Program-made: the position numbers and the translations under genes | Shown: in pieces, positions 20,432-31,283 of the stretch | How the letters are laid out: every line of letters begins with the position of its first letter | Numbering within the stretch: position 1 is the first letter of the stretch | NCBI GenBank assembly: GCA_018672235.1 | Contig: JABHGE010000021.1 | Span: 1 to 64,000, forward strand | Direction: 5' to 3' | Length of the DNA stretch: 64,000 bases | Source of the DNA: Fidelibacterota bacterium | Lineage (GTDB): Bacteria > Fidelibacterota > Marinisomatia > Marinisomatales > Marinisomataceae | Notes under the pieces: generated by a model | The model's database searches: none | The model's input: the letters and a program-made list of their open reading frames with translations, nothing else | What the model was told of the DNA's origin: nothing

Positions 20432-21198
20432 TGGACTATTTAAAAAAGATTATAATATCGGATCTTGTCTTATTAGACCAGTCCAGCCCTTTGTTTGAAG
20501 TAGTAAAGCATCCTTGGAATTTGATTAATAGTATCCCTGATTTATTTTCAGAACTTACGTCGACATATGATAGTAAAAAAAATGTAATTATTAATGATAG
20601 CAATGGTCCAGTTGTGATTGATGATACAGCTACAATAGAGCCCTTTACATTTTTGAATGGTCCTTTATTTATAGGTAAAAATACTTTAGTCAAATCTCAC
20701 TCTACTATATCAAATTCTATTATTAATCATGATTGTAAGGTAAGTGGAGAAATTCACTCTTGTATTTTTCAACCCTACTCAAACAAGGCTCATGATGGAT
20801 TCTTGGGACACAGTTTCATTGGATCCTGGGCAAATCTAGGAGCAGGTACAACCACTAGTAATTTAAAAAATAATTATTCTTCTATAAGTGTGAAATGGGA
20901 TGGCAAATTAATAGATACAGAATCTATATTTTTTGGTTCTATTATTGGCGAGCATGTTAAAACAGCCATTGGGACAAACTTAAATACTGGAACAGTTATT
21001 GAGTTGGGATGTAATATCGTTTCCCAATCTTTTCCACCTAGACATATTGCCGCTTTTTCCTTATTCTATAAAAACAAGTCAATGAAAATACAATTTGATA
21101 ATTTTTGTGATACCGCAGAAAAAGCGATGCAAAGAAGAAATAGATCTCTTTCCTCCTCTGATAAATCTGTCTTAAAGAGTATTTACAAAAACTGTTGA
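20431..21198 (+). CDS. GlmU-like hexapeptide-repeat transferase
   Basis: GPLFIG, NKAHDGFLGHSFIGSWANLGAGTTTSNLKN left-handed beta-helix. Confidence 0.8.
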   Translation: MDYLKKIIISDLVLLDQSSPLFEVVKHPWNLINSIPDLFSELTSTYDSKKNVIINDSNGPVVIDDTATIEPFTFLNGPLFIGKNTLVKSHSTISNSIINHDCKVSGEIHSCIFQPYSNKAHDGFLGHSFIGSWANLGAGTTTSNLKNNYSSISVKWDGKLIDTESIFFGSIIGEHVKTAIGTNLNTGTVIELGCNIVSQSFPPRHIAAFSLFYKNKSMKIQFDNFCDTAEKAMQRRNRSLSSSDKSVLKSIYKNC

Positions 21199-21232
21199 CT
21201 CCATAGCTAACTAATAATACTTTCGTCTCTAT

Positions 21233-21631
21233 ATGGAACCAATTGATTTAAACAGCGTAGACGAGGTAATAAGTCCTTGTTGTGATGAAGAAATAAGAAC
21301 TTCAGAGATTGGTCCCAAGTTAAATTGTCCTCTTTGTAAAGCTAATCTGAAACAAAGAATATATCTTCCATTCCTTGAGTATCTAATGGAAAATGGCCAT
21401 GTAGAAAACTTAGATTTCTTTGATTTAGATTTATATAGTCAAGACAAAGAAGCTTTAGATAGTGAAGACGAAGAATTAGATCTGGATAAATACGAAGTCA
21501 AGAAAGATAGTCTAAACATATACGAAGATGATGCAAAATTTAGTTCAAATGCGCCAGTATCAGAAACTTCTATAGATGAGTCAGCAATGTCTAGTGATTG
21601 GACTAAGTTTGCTACTGAAGACTCTGATTAA
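21233..21631 (+). CDS. Hypothetical acidic protein with Cys cluster (SPCC...CPLC)
   Basis: 132-aa ORF; candidate TTGACT -35 at 21195 upstream. Confidence 0.65.
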   Translation: MEPIDLNSVDEVISPCCDEEIRTSEIGPKLNCPLCKANLKQRIYLPFLEYLMENGHVENLDFFDLDLYSQDKEALDSEDEELDLDKYEVKKDSLNIYEDDAKFSSNAPVSETSIDESAMSSDWTKFATEDSD

Positions 21632-21730
21632 TACGCCTTTTTTGTAAAAAATTCACTTTACAATATATTGTAGTTAACGCTAACTTGATTGAGTTGAATG
21701 TATTTTAGTTTTTACTGCTTTAATAATTTT

Positions 21731-21802
21731 CAGGCTATAAAATTATGAAAGATTGAAAGACTTTCCCCCGCTTATCAACTTTCTTTTATAGCCTGTTTTT
21801 TT
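21731..21802 (+). ncRNA. Long stem-loop with C-rich loop and U-tract; candidate sRNA 3' end or terminator
   Basis: CAGGCTATAAAA / TTTTATAGCCTG outer stem, GAAAGATTGA / TCAACTTTC inner stem, loop containing TTTCCCCCGC, followed by T7. Confidence 0.5.
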
Positions 21803-21860
21803 ATCGGTTTTATTCTTTTTTAATTTGCTTCATTAAAAGAATTGAATTAATATTGTATAT

Positions 21861-21880
21861 TAGACTGAGCAGTCGGTTTT
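21861..21880. promoter_or_regulatory. TetR-like operator upstream of etfB
   Basis: TAGACTGAGCAGTCGGTTTT; reverse complement matches 55119-55138 at 17/20; lies between an AT-rich promoter-like region and the ATG. Confidence 0.6.
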
Positions 21881-21896
21881 TAAAAAAAATTTAATT

Positions 21897-22667
21897 ATGA
21901 AAATAGCAGTACTAACCAAAGCAATCCCAAGTTATGAATCTAGTATTCGTATCGATTCTTCGTCCACATGGATTGATGAGTCAGTTGTTAATTTTGTGGT
22001 CAATGAAAGCGATTCCTATGCTTTAGAAGAAGCGTTACAAATTAAAGAAAAGCTAGATAATGGAAGTGAAGTAGTGGTTGTGACTATGGGTTCTCAAGAC
22101 AATACATCAAAAGTATTAAAAGATGGATTAGCTAAAGGTGCTGATAGAGCTATTTTTATTCAAAATGAGGATTCAAATACCGACCCACTATCTATTTCAA
22201 AATTATTTTCTCAAAGTTTAAAAGATGAAAACTTTGATTTAATATTTTCCGGTTTACAGTCAGATGATTTAGGATCTGGACAAACTGGAGTACTAATAGG
22301 GGAATTATTAGGAATGTCTACTGCCACACTTGGAATTGAAACAGATATTCAGGATGGTGAAATTAAAATCAAGAGAGAATTAGAGTCTGGATGGTTTCAA
22401 TGGGTTACCTTGCCTTTCCCAGCTAGCGTATCGATTCAATCTGGTATTAACGAACCTAGATATCCTTCATTAAAAGGAATTATGGGCGCTAAACGCAAAG
22501 AATTAAAAGTAGTAGATGGGCAGCTTTCTGATAGTCCAAAACAAAATTTTATCAAACTATTTCTTCCTAAGACTGAAAAAGCCACAGAGAAAATTGAAGG
22601 TGATGTCGATGGAATAGTTGCGAAGTTAATGGATATATTAAAAAATAAATTACGAGTGATAGCATGA
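21897..22667 (+). CDS. etfB: Electron transfer flavoprotein beta subunit
   Basis: NESDSYALEEAL, AKGADRAI, GLQSDD, NEPRYPSLKGIM. Confidence 0.95.
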   Translation: MKIAVLTKAIPSYESSIRIDSSSTWIDESVVNFVVNESDSYALEEALQIKEKLDNGSEVVVVTMGSQDNTSKVLKDGLAKGADRAIFIQNEDSNTDPLSISKLFSQSLKDENFDLIFSGLQSDDLGSGQTGVLIGELLGMSTATLGIETDIQDGEIKIKRELESGWFQWVTLPFPASVSIQSGINEPRYPSLKGIMGAKRKELKVVDGQLSDSPKQNFIKLFLPKTEKATEKIEGDVDGIVAKLMDILKNKLRVIA

Positions 22668-23635
22668 TCTTAGTTGTATTAGAAAATCAAAGAGGCAATA
22701 TTCACGCCTTTAGTAAGGAGGCGGTATCTGCCGGTCAAAACTTAGGATCTAAGCTAGGAATGGATGTGTCTATTCTATGTATGGGCGAAAATGCAAGCTC
22801 GCTTAAAGATCAAGCCAATGACTATAAATCACAAAATTTAATTTTAGCAGAACACGATATGGTTAATACTTATTCTGCCGATGGATATTCAAAAGTTTTA
22901 TCAGATGTCATTACAGATTTATCGCCTAAATACGTTATAATGGGTCACTCTTATATGGTACGTGATTTTTTACCTAGAGTGAGTGCAAAGTTAGATATAC
23001 CATTTGTCAGTGATATCATATCGGTTGCATATGATGGAGATAATCCGGTATTTGCACGTCAAGTATTCAATGCAAAACTGGCTACTAATATTCAGCCAGA
23101 TTCAAATAGTAATACAACACTTCTTAGCTTCCAATCTGCAGCATTTTCTAGTGATAATATAGAATTGGGAGGTTCTGATGCTGCATCTGTATTTGAAGTA
23201 AATCTTAATACTGAAGATATTAAGTCTAGTAGTGAACCAGAATTTCAGGAATCTGCATCTGGTGTAGATTTAACTACTGCAGATGTCATTGTGTCTGTAG
23301 GTAGAGGTATTGAAAGTCAGGATAACATCCCTATGGTCGAATCCTTGGCAAAAGCAATGGGAGCAGAAATAGCTTCATCTAGACCTGTAGTAGATATGGG
23401 TTGGTTACCATCATACAGGCAAGTTGGAAGTTCAGGACAGGCAGTATCCCCTAATTTATATTTCTCTGTGGGTATTTCTGGCGCTATTCAGCATGTAGTT
23501 GGTATGAAGGGCTCAAAAAATATTATTGCAATTAACAAAGATGAGGAAGCTCCTATTTTTGAGATTGCAGATTATGCTGTCATTGGCGATTTAATGGAGA
23601 TCGTACCAAAATTGACAGAAGAGCTTCAGAAATAA
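22664..23635 (+). CDS. etfA: Electron transfer flavoprotein alpha subunit
   Basis: ADVIVSVGRG, ASSRPVVD, QVGSSG, GISGAIQHVVGM. Confidence 0.95.
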   Translation: MILVVLENQRGNIHAFSKEAVSAGQNLGSKLGMDVSILCMGENASSLKDQANDYKSQNLILAEHDMVNTYSADGYSKVLSDVITDLSPKYVIMGHSYMVRDFLPRVSAKLDIPFVSDIISVAYDGDNPVFARQVFNAKLATNIQPDSNSNTTLLSFQSAAFSSDNIELGGSDAASVFEVNLNTEDIKSSSEPEFQESASGVDLTTADVIVSVGRGIESQDNIPMVESLAKAMGAEIASSRPVVDMGWLPSYRQVGSSGQAVSPNLYFSVGISGAIQHVVGMKGSKNIIAINKDEEAPIFEIADYAVIGDLMEIVPKLTEELQK

Positions 23636-23651
23636 ATAATATATATATCAT

Positions 23652-25505
23652 ATGATAAAGTTCTCTCTAATAGAACAATTAGTTTTAATCTTATTTTTGT
23701 CTTCTGGCCTATCTTTTTTCCTTTACCAGCTACTCTTACGTCTAAAAATTGTTTTAAAAGGTAAATCTGATTTCAGCATTGATAAACTTCCGGATCGATT
23801 GTTAAGAGTTTTTAATGAAGTTATTTTGCATAAAAAGGTTGCGAGTGGCGGAAGAAAATCTGCTGGAATAATGCACGCATTTGTTATGTATGGTTTTATC
23901 TTCTTTGGATTGATAACAATTAATCATTTTTTTATGGCATTCGGAATCCACTTCTTTAGTGAAACGTTTCGCTTTTGGTATTTTAGATTATTTGGAGGGC
24001 CCTGGGCTTTTTTATGTTCATTTGGTATCCTGGGCTTAGCATACCGTAGATTTGTTTTAAAGCCAAAAGCTTTAGGTAAATTTTCTGCTACATCAGGAGT
24101 GGTAACTATATTTATTGTGACTTTAATGGTCACATACCTAATAGATGAGACACATTTATTAAAGAGTCCAATGGCTCTTAAGGTAAATTGGTGGCTACAT
24201 TCGGGAGTTATTGGTGGTTTTTTATTTCTAATTCCTAAATCGAAACATATGCATTTGGTTTTGTCTCCATTTAATATTTTTCTAAGGCCATTTGAAATAC
24301 CTCATCATCAAGCGGTGCCTATAGATTTAGAGGCATCTGAAGAAGAGCTAGATAATTTACTGTTAGACTTATCAAGGCTGAGTAAAGACCAAGCATTAGA
24401 TATTTTTACATGTGTTGAATGTGGAAGGTGTACAGATGTATGCCCTGCAAACAGAGGTGGAGGAATCTTAGATCCAAAATATCATTTCATACTCAATTTA
24501 AAACAACCTATGCTTGATTCTGGGGATGTGAATGTAGTGGATAAAATCAATGTAGAAGCAGGATGGGAATGCACTACATGTCAAGCATGTACAGAAGTAT
24601 GTCCTGTAGGAAATCATGTAGAAAAAGCAGATGAAATTAGAAGTTTCCAAGTATTAGCTGAAGGAGATGTTCCTCAGGAATATCAAAAATTATTACGCAA
24701 TTTACAAGAAACAGGCAATACGGAAGGAGCATCATCAAGCGACTTACTTAAAGAGTTGCCAGCATATACTAGCGATAAAGAATTAGTGTTATGGTTAGGT
24801 TGTTTTGCTAAACATGCTATGGACCCAAACTTTGTAGGCTCTGTAAGAAATTTTACTAAAATTTTAGATTCAGCTGGGGTTACTTATGGAGTGCTTAGTA
24901 ATGAACAATGTTCTGGAGATCCTGCAAATAAATTAGGTGATAAGTTAACATATCAATTATTAATGGATCAAAATGTTGAAGAATTAAATAAGGTAAAAAA
25001 TGTGACCACTATGTGTCCACATTGCGTAGTTAATCTCCAAAAAGAATACAGCAAGTATCATGAAATTAAATATGAAGTAAAACATCATACTCAAGTAATA
25101 TCAGAATTGTTAGATCAAGGTAAAATCAATATTAATCCAGGAGCTCTTGAGAAGGTAACGTACCATGATCCTTGCAATCTTTCTAGAACACTCGATGAAG
25201 TTAGTGCGCCACGAAACGCTATTAAAGCTGCTGCGCCAGACTTTTTTGAATTAGATGAGAGCGGAAAAGAAACTTTATGTTGTGGAGCTGGAGGAGCACT
25301 TTGGTGGAAGAAAGATAGTGGAGAAGGACGTACTCATCTATTAAGAGCAGAGCAAGTTATTGAGTCTAAAACGGATACAGTTGTAACCGGTTGTAATTTT
25401 TGTTACGGTATGATGAATCAAGGGATTGGTCCACTTACTCCTGCTGGTCAAGAAACAATCAAAGTAAAAGATGTAGCAGATATTGTTGCAGAAAATTTGT
25501 CTTAA
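23652..25505 (+). CDS. Membrane Fe-S oxidoreductase (FadF/EtfD, HdrD-like)
   Basis: N-terminal TM helices with His, two CxxCxxCxxxCP motifs, two CCG domains. Confidence 0.88.
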   Translation: MIKFSLIEQLVLILFLSSGLSFFLYQLLLRLKIVLKGKSDFSIDKLPDRLLRVFNEVILHKKVASGGRKSAGIMHAFVMYGFIFFGLITINHFFMAFGIHFFSETFRFWYFRLFGGPWAFLCSFGILGLAYRRFVLKPKALGKFSATSGVVTIFIVTLMVTYLIDETHLLKSPMALKVNWWLHSGVIGGFLFLIPKSKHMHLVLSPFNIFLRPFEIPHHQAVPIDLEASEEELDNLLLDLSRLSKDQALDIFTCVECGRCTDVCPANRGGGILDPKYHFILNLKQPMLDSGDVNVVDKINVEAGWECTTCQACTEVCPVGNHVEKADEIRSFQVLAEGDVPQEYQKLLRNLQETGNTEGASSSDLLKELPAYTSDKELVLWLGCFAKHAMDPNFVGSVRNFTKILDSAGVTYGVLSNEQCSGDPANKLGDKLTYQLLMDQNVEELNKVKNVTTMCPHCVVNLQKEYSKYHEIKYEVKHHTQVISELLDQGKININPGALEKVTYHDPCNLSRTLDEVSAPRNAIKAAAPDFFELDESGKETLCCGAGGALWWKKDSGEGRTHLLRAEQVIESKTDTVVTGCNFCYGMMNQGIGPLTPAGQETIKVKDVADIVAENLS

Positions 25506-25506
25506 T

Positions 25507-25752
25507 TTATTTTTTACTATAAATCTGAATAGCCGAACATGGCTCACCAAAATAAATATTTTTAGCATAGTTTGATAAGTGTGATGAAATAATTAGATAT
25601 GCCCATGTAGGAACTGGTACACCAGCACAACCCTTAATCATAACTTTTTTATTATTAAATGATTCCCAATCTATTGTTTTTATTTGAGCACGAAATTCTT
25701 TTTCCTTAATCATACCATCAGAAAGAAAATCATCTAAGCTAATAGTTTCCAT
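25507..25752 (-). CDS. DUF2480 family protein
   Basis: IKEKEFR...DW...VPTWAYL motif; coupled to sufS. Confidence 0.75.
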   Translation of the reverse strand: METISLDDFLSDGMIKEKEFRAQIKTIDWESFNNKKVMIKGCAGVPVPTWAYLIISSHLSNYAKNIYFGEPCSAIQIYSKK

Positions 25753-26966
25753 TAGCTTAAAGTGGTAATTGTGCTCTTTAGTTTTTCGATAAATAAATCT
25801 ATTTCTGAAGTATCATTATAGAGATAAAGACTGAGTCTTAAGCATGATGAAATATTTAATTTAGACATTAATGGAGAGCAGCAGTGCCTTCCAGATCTCA
25901 TAGTAATACCTTCGTAGTCTAGCATTTGAGTAATATCTCCAGAATGAATACCGTCTATATTAAAGCTGACAATAGAAATACGATTATGAGACGGTCCATA
26001 TATAGTAACCCCATCAATTTTACTTAATTCTTTAAAAGTGTAATCAGATATCATTTCAGTATGCTTTGTAATCTCATTAATTCCAAGTTCATTGATAAAA
26101 TCAATAGCATAGCTTAATCCAATTACTTGAGATGCATTAGGTGATCCTGCTTCGAATCTATATGGTACATCGTTCCATGTAGATTCTTGTAATGTTACTT
26201 CTTTTATCATGCCACCACCTGTTTGGTAAGGCTCCATTTTTTCTAATAAATCTTGTTTTCCATATAAAACTCCTACACCAGTAGGACCTAACATCTTATG
26301 ACCTGAAAAAGCAAAAAAGTCACAATCTAGATCTTCTACATCCACTTTAAAATGAGGAGTACTTTGACAGCCATCAACCATTACCAAAGTATTATTTTGA
26401 TGTGCAAGATTGATAATTTCTTTCATTGGATTGATTGTCCCCAATACATTAGAAGCTTGTGTAATAGATAGTATTTTAACTTTATCGGTCAGCTTACTTT
26501 TTAAACTTTCCATATCTAATGTACCGTCTTCTTTTACAGAAATATATTTTAATATTGCTCCAGTGCGTTTAGTGATGACTTGCCATGGTACAATATTTGA
26601 ATGGTGTTCCATCTCACTTATTAATACAATATCATTTTTTCTAAGATTAGAAAAGCCCCAAGAATCAGCAACTAGATTAATAGATTCAGTGGCTCCCTTG
26701 GTAAATATAATTGATGAGCTATGCTTTGATCCAATAAACTTTGCAACTTTATTTCTAGTACCCTCAAAAGCGTTAGTTGCTTTTTCACCTAACTCATAAA
26801 CACTTCGATGAATACTGCCATAAGAATTTTTATAGAAATCACTTTCTCCTTCAATGACAGATAAAGGTTTTAAGCTTGTAGCTGCACTATCAAGATAGAT
26901 AAGTTTTTTCCCACGATTCTTTTGCTTCAAGATAGGAAATTGACTTTTTATTTTTTGAATATCCAT
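25752..26966 (-). CDS. sufS: Cysteine desulfurase SufS
   Basis: YLDSAATS, EHHSNIVPW, SGHKMLGPTG, RSGRHC. Confidence 0.95.
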   Translation of the reverse strand: MDIQKIKSQFPILKQKNRGKKLIYLDSAATSLKPLSVIEGESDFYKNSYGSIHRSVYELGEKATNAFEGTRNKVAKFIGSKHSSSIIFTKGATESINLVADSWGFSNLRKNDIVLISEMEHHSNIVPWQVITKRTGAILKYISVKEDGTLDMESLKSKLTDKVKILSITQASNVLGTINPMKEIINLAHQNNTLVMVDGCQSTPHFKVDVEDLDCDFFAFSGHKMLGPTGVGVLYGKQDLLEKMEPYQTGGGMIKEVTLQESTWNDVPYRFEAGSPNASQVIGLSYAIDFINELGINEITKHTEMISDYTFKELSKIDGVTIYGPSHNRISIVSFNIDGIHSGDITQMLDYEGITMRSGRHCCSPLMSKLNISSCLRLSLYLYNDTSEIDLFIEKLKSTITTLS

Positions 26967-26972
26967 AATGGC

Positions 26973-27494
26973 CTAGTAAAGACCGAGTTGTAATTTTGCT
27001 GCATCAGACATCATATCTTGGTTCCATTGAGGCTCCCAAACCAGTTCAACATCTACAGATTTAGCTCCACTCAATGAGGATAATTTTTGTTTTACTTCAT
27101 CGGCAATGACTGGACCCATTCCACATCCTGGAGCAGTTAAAGTCATTTGTATTCGAATATTTACACCGTCATCTTCTTGGTCAATATCGGTATTGTATAC
27201 CAAACCTAAATCAACAATATTGACAGGAATTTCAGGATCATAACATGTATGTAATACATTCCAAATTTCCTCTTTATTAGCAAAATTATTAGAATTTATA
27301 AGTCGTTTTTCTTCTCCAATAGCTTCTCCATCAATACCTTTTATTTGATACATATTGCCCTCAACAACAACAGTATAGTTATCACCTAGAGACTGAGTAA
27401 GAATGCCGGACATCCCTTTATTTAAAGTAGTTTTAATACCGTCAGGGACGCTATGCACTACTACATCTTTTTCTAATATAAATTCTTTATTCAT
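26973..27494 (-). CDS. sufT: Fe-S assembly protein SufT (N-terminally extended DUF59)
   Basis: TQSLGDNYTV, CYDPEIPVNIVDLGLVY, TLTAPGCGMG. Confidence 0.9.
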   Translation of the reverse strand: MNKEFILEKDVVVHSVPDGIKTTLNKGMSGILTQSLGDNYTVVVEGNMYQIKGIDGEAIGEEKRLINSNNFANKEEIWNVLHTCYDPEIPVNIVDLGLVYNTDIDQEDDGVNIRIQMTLTAPGCGMGPVIADEVKQKLSSLSGAKSVDVELVWEPQWNQDMMSDAAKLQLGLY

Positions 27495-27909
27495 TTATTA
27501 ACTCTTTCTTTATAAATAATAACGCACCAATAAATCCATTCTGTCTTTGACTCGAAATAGTTGGTCCTATATTAAGCCATTCAAAAATCTTTATAGGTTC
27601 ATCAAAATCATCTATAAAATCAATAATATTCTTTTTTTGTTCATTATTAAAACCAATCTGTAAAATTCTTAATAATCCTTTAACTATCGAACTTTCAGAG
27701 TCAACAGTAATAGATATAGTATCTTGATTTTGAATGTTAACCCATGTTTGAGATGTGCATGCATGCACTTTATTAGATTCTATTTTGTCTGCCTCGTTAA
27801 TGCAGTCAATTTTTTTCCCTAAATCAATTAAATAGACCAATCGATCTTGGCCATCAAGAGTTGAAAATCCGTCTCTAATATGAGACAATTTTTCGGTTAT
27901 ACTACCCAT
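27487..27909 (-). CDS. sufE: SufE sulfur acceptor
   Basis: YLIDLGK, VHACTSQTW, DSESSIVKGL, SSQRQNG. Confidence 0.88.
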   Translation of the reverse strand: MGSITEKLSHIRDGFSTLDGQDRLVYLIDLGKKIDCINEADKIESNKVHACTSQTWVNIQNQDTISITVDSESSIVKGLLRILQIGFNNEQKKNIIDFIDDFDEPIKIFEWLNIGPTISSQRQNGFIGALLFIKKELINE

Positions 27910-29089
27910 CGATCCAATGGTTTAGATTATTTTCAGATAAATTTCTTATATCGTCATTTACAAAATCTTGTAGAATTTCTTTTGCAAATGCTTTTACTAG
28001 GATGTTGTTAGCATCAGACTCTTTAATTCCTCTTGCCCTTAAATAAAATATACTATCTTTATCTAATGCTCCAGTAGTAGACCCATGACCACATTTCACA
28101 TCATCTGCATAAATTTCTAGCTGAGGATTAGAGTGTGCCGTAGCATTTTGAGATAACAACAAATTTTTGTTTGATTGATTAGAATCTGTTTGTTGCGCTC
28201 CATCTGCTACAATAACTTTTCCATTAAATACGCAGGTTGATCGGTCTTTGAGAATATTACGTACATTTTGAGAGCTGATACAATGTTCAGCATTATGATT
28301 CATCAGTATATTATTGTCTAAATGTTGTTGATTTCTCGCAAGATTTAAAATATTAATTTTAACTTCTGATCCTTCTTTATTTAAATCTATATCTATAAAA
28401 TTTTTATTAAATGTTGAATTGATATTCATGCTATCGATATTTAATAGTACGTTTCTTCCCAATTCATAGTAATTATATCCCAAATAGTTACTTTCTGTAC
28501 TATCATCATACATCATAGAATGATTTAAAATGGTATTTTCAGAACATATAAATTTTTTAAGACTTAGGTTAAAACTACTAGAACCTTTATTAACGTCTTT
28601 TTCGATGATTGAAATATTATTACCCTGATTAAGTTTAAAAATGTTAAATGATGAGATTCTAAGACCTTCATTTTTTTTACTATAAAAATTTAAAATTTGA
28701 ATTGGAGTATCAAACTTACTTCCTTTTTTAAATTCAAAATATTTTCCAGACTTAATGGTAGACAGTCCAAGATGAAACAATGCTTCTTTTTCAAAGTTGG
28801 ATGAAGTAGAGCAGATATTTTCATCGCTTAATTGATCAATGTCCAAGATAGTCATATCATCTTTATATATAAATTTATTTAAAGATTCTAATGTGATTTC
28901 TCCGTTTATAAAGCATAGGGTGTATTCATCGTCATGATTATCGATTGACGTATCCTTATCATCAGAATTATTAGAAAGATATTTTTTTAAGTGCTTACTT
29001 GAAGAAAATTTCCAATTTTCAAGTTTTTTTGATGGATAGCCTATTTCTTCAAATCTACTATTACTATGTTTTTGTATTTTTTTTAACAT
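27902..29089 (-). CDS. sufD: Fe-S assembly protein SufD
   Basis: ENWKF, PQLEIYADDVKCGHGST, FYLRARGI. Confidence 0.92.
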   Translation of the reverse strand: MLKKIQKHSNSRFEEIGYPSKKLENWKFSSSKHLKKYLSNNSDDKDTSIDNHDDEYTLCFINGEITLESLNKFIYKDDMTILDIDQLSDENICSTSSNFEKEALFHLGLSTIKSGKYFEFKKGSKFDTPIQILNFYSKKNEGLRISSFNIFKLNQGNNISIIEKDVNKGSSSFNLSLKKFICSENTILNHSMMYDDSTESNYLGYNYYELGRNVLLNIDSMNINSTFNKNFIDIDLNKEGSEVKINILNLARNQQHLDNNILMNHNAEHCISSQNVRNILKDRSTCVFNGKVIVADGAQQTDSNQSNKNLLLSQNATAHSNPQLEIYADDVKCGHGSTTGALDKDSIFYLRARGIKESDANNILVKAFAKEILQDFVNDDIRNLSENNLNHWIDG

Positions 29090-29092
29090 ATT

Positions 29093-29833
29093 TTATTTCA
29101 CAAGCCATGAGTAACCATTTTTTTCTACTTCATGTACTAACGTCATATCTCCTGATTTGACAATTTTACCATCAATCATGATATGAACTACATCCGGTTT
29201 AATATACTCGAGTAGTCTTTGATAGTGAGTAATGATTAATACAGAATTATTATCATTTTTAAATTCATTTACACCTTTTGCTACGGTACGTAATGCATCC
29301 ACATCTAACCCTGAATCAGTTTCATCTAGAACAGCTAATTGTGGATTCAACATTAGTAGTTGTAAGATTTCACTTTTTTTCTTTTCTCCGCCTGAAAACC
29401 CATCATTAATAGATCGTTTTAGAAATGAATCATCTAAACCAAGCTCTGATAATATTTTTTTGGCAGTTGCAAGAAATTGAACAGCATCCATTTCTTCTTC
29501 TCCATCATGTTTATTTTTTGCATTTAATGCTGCTCTTAAAAAATATGCCATGCTTACACCTGGTATAGCTACAGGATACTGAAAGCATAAAAATAATCCT
29601 TGAAGGGCTCTATTTTCAATACTCATTTCTGTAATATCATTTCCATTCATTGCAATTGAGCCACCATCTACTTCACATGTTTCATTTCCAGCGATAACAT
29701 TGGCTAATGTACTTTTTCCAGATCCATTACGACCCATAATGACATGAATTTCACCCTTAGGAATTTCTAAGTTTATTCCTTTTAGAATGGCTTTATCTTC
29801 AATTGATGCTTTTAAATTTTTAATTTTAATCAT
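29093..29833 (-). CDS. sufC: Fe-S assembly ATPase SufC
   Basis: GRNGSGKST, FQYP, GFSGGEKK, LDETDSGLD. Confidence 0.96.
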   Translation of the reverse strand: MIKIKNLKASIEDKAILKGINLEIPKGEIHVIMGRNGSGKSTLANVIAGNETCEVDGGSIAMNGNDITEMSIENRALQGLFLCFQYPVAIPGVSMAYFLRAALNAKNKHDGEEEMDAVQFLATAKKILSELGLDDSFLKRSINDGFSGGEKKKSEILQLLMLNPQLAVLDETDSGLDVDALRTVAKGVNEFKNDNNSVLIITHYQRLLEYIKPDVVHIMIDGKIVKSGDMTLVHEVEKNGYSWLVK

Positions 29834-29837
29834 TTAT

Positions 29838-31283
29838 TTATCCTACGCTATTTTCTAATGTTACTTCAATTAATTGTTTTGCTTCTACAGCAAACTCCAT
29901 TGGTAATTCTGCAAACACTTCTTTACAAAATCCATTTACAATCATAGATACTGCATCATCAAGATTAATTCCTCGTTGATTACAGTAAAATAATTGGTCT
30001 TCACCTATGCTCGATGTGGTAGCCTCATGCTCCATTTTTGCAGTTGGATTTTTAACATCAATATATGGGAAAGTATGTGCTCCACATTTATTTCCGATTA
30101 AGATAGAATCGCACTGTGAAAAATTTCGTGCATTATCTGCATTTTTTAGAATTTTGACCCCACCTCTGTAGGTATTTTGCCCTTCTCCAGCTGAAATTCC
30201 TTTTGATATAATTGTACTTTTGGTATTCTTACCAATATGAATCATTTTTGTACCCGTATCGGCTTGCTGCTTATTTTTCGTAACAGCAACAGAATAGAAT
30301 TCTCCAACACTATGATCTCCCTGCATTATTACACTAGGATATTTCCATGTAACTGCAGATCCAGTTTCTACTTGAGTCCAAGAAATCTTAGCTCTATCTC
30401 CAGTACATATTCCCCTTTTAGTCACAAAATTATAAATTCCACCTTTGCCTTCTTTATCTCCAGCATACCAATTTTGAATAGTAGAATATTTGATTGTTGC
30501 ATCTTTGTGCGCTACTAATTCTACACATGCTGCATGCAATTGATTTTCATCGCGCATAGGAGCAGTACATCCCTCTAAATAACTTACATGACTACCTTCA
30601 TCGGCTATAATGAGCGTTCTTTCAAATTGACCAGTATTAGCTGCGTTAATTCTAAAATATGTAGACAGCTCCATAGGGCAACGAACATTTTTAGGGATAT
30701 AAACAAAAGATCCGTCACTAAATACTGCGGAGTTTAAGGCTGCAAAATAATTGTCTGTACTTGGTATTACTGAGCCTAAATATTTTTTGACTAATTCTGG
30801 ATGATCAATTACTGCTTCAGAGAAAGAACAAAAGATAACCCCATGTTTTGCAAGCTCTTTTTTAAAGGTTGTTGCCACTGATACGCTATCAAATACAGCG
30901 TCTACCGCAACACCTTCAAGTCGTTTTTGTTCATTCAATGAAATACCTAATTTATTATATGTTTCAATAATATCAGGATCAACATCATCTAGACTGTCAT
31001 TTTTTTTATATTTAGGAGCTGAATAATAACTCAATGCTTGGTAATCTACAGGAGTATAATCTACTTGTGCCCATGTAGGTTCTTCCATTTTTTTCCAGCT
31101 CTCATATGCTTTTAGTCGCCAATCCAATAACCATTGCGGCTCTTTTTTTAATTTTGAAAGTTTTGTAATAACCCCTTCATCTAGTCCAGGTTCAAACGTA
31201 GTTGTTTCAATATTAGTTGTAAAACCATATTTATATTCTTGATCCAGAGTTGAGTCAATAATTTGTTGATTTTTGTCAATCAT
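29838..31283 (-). CDS. sufB: Fe-S assembly protein SufB
   Basis: [41 protein letters not shown]. Confidence 0.97.
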   Translation of the reverse strand: MIDKNQQIIDSTLDQEYKYGFTTNIETTTFEPGLDEGVITKLSKLKKEPQWLLDWRLKAYESWKKMEEPTWAQVDYTPVDYQALSYYSAPKYKKNDSLDDVDPDIIETYNKLGISLNEQKRLEGVAVDAVFDSVSVATTFKKELAKHGVIFCSFSEAVIDHPELVKKYLGSVIPSTDNYFAALNSAVFSDGSFVYIPKNVRCPMELSTYFRINAANTGQFERTLIIADEGSHVSYLEGCTAPMRDENQLHAACVELVAHKDATIKYSTIQNWYAGDKEGKGGIYNFVTKRGICTGDRAKISWTQVETGSAVTWKYPSVIMQGDHSVGEFYSVAVTKNKQQADTGTKMIHIGKNTKSTIISKGISAGEGQNTYRGGVKILKNADNARNFSQCDSILIGNKCGAHTFPYIDVKNPTAKMEHEATTSSIGEDQLFYCNQRGINLDDAVSMIVNGFCKEVFAELPMEFAVEAKQLIEVTLENSVG

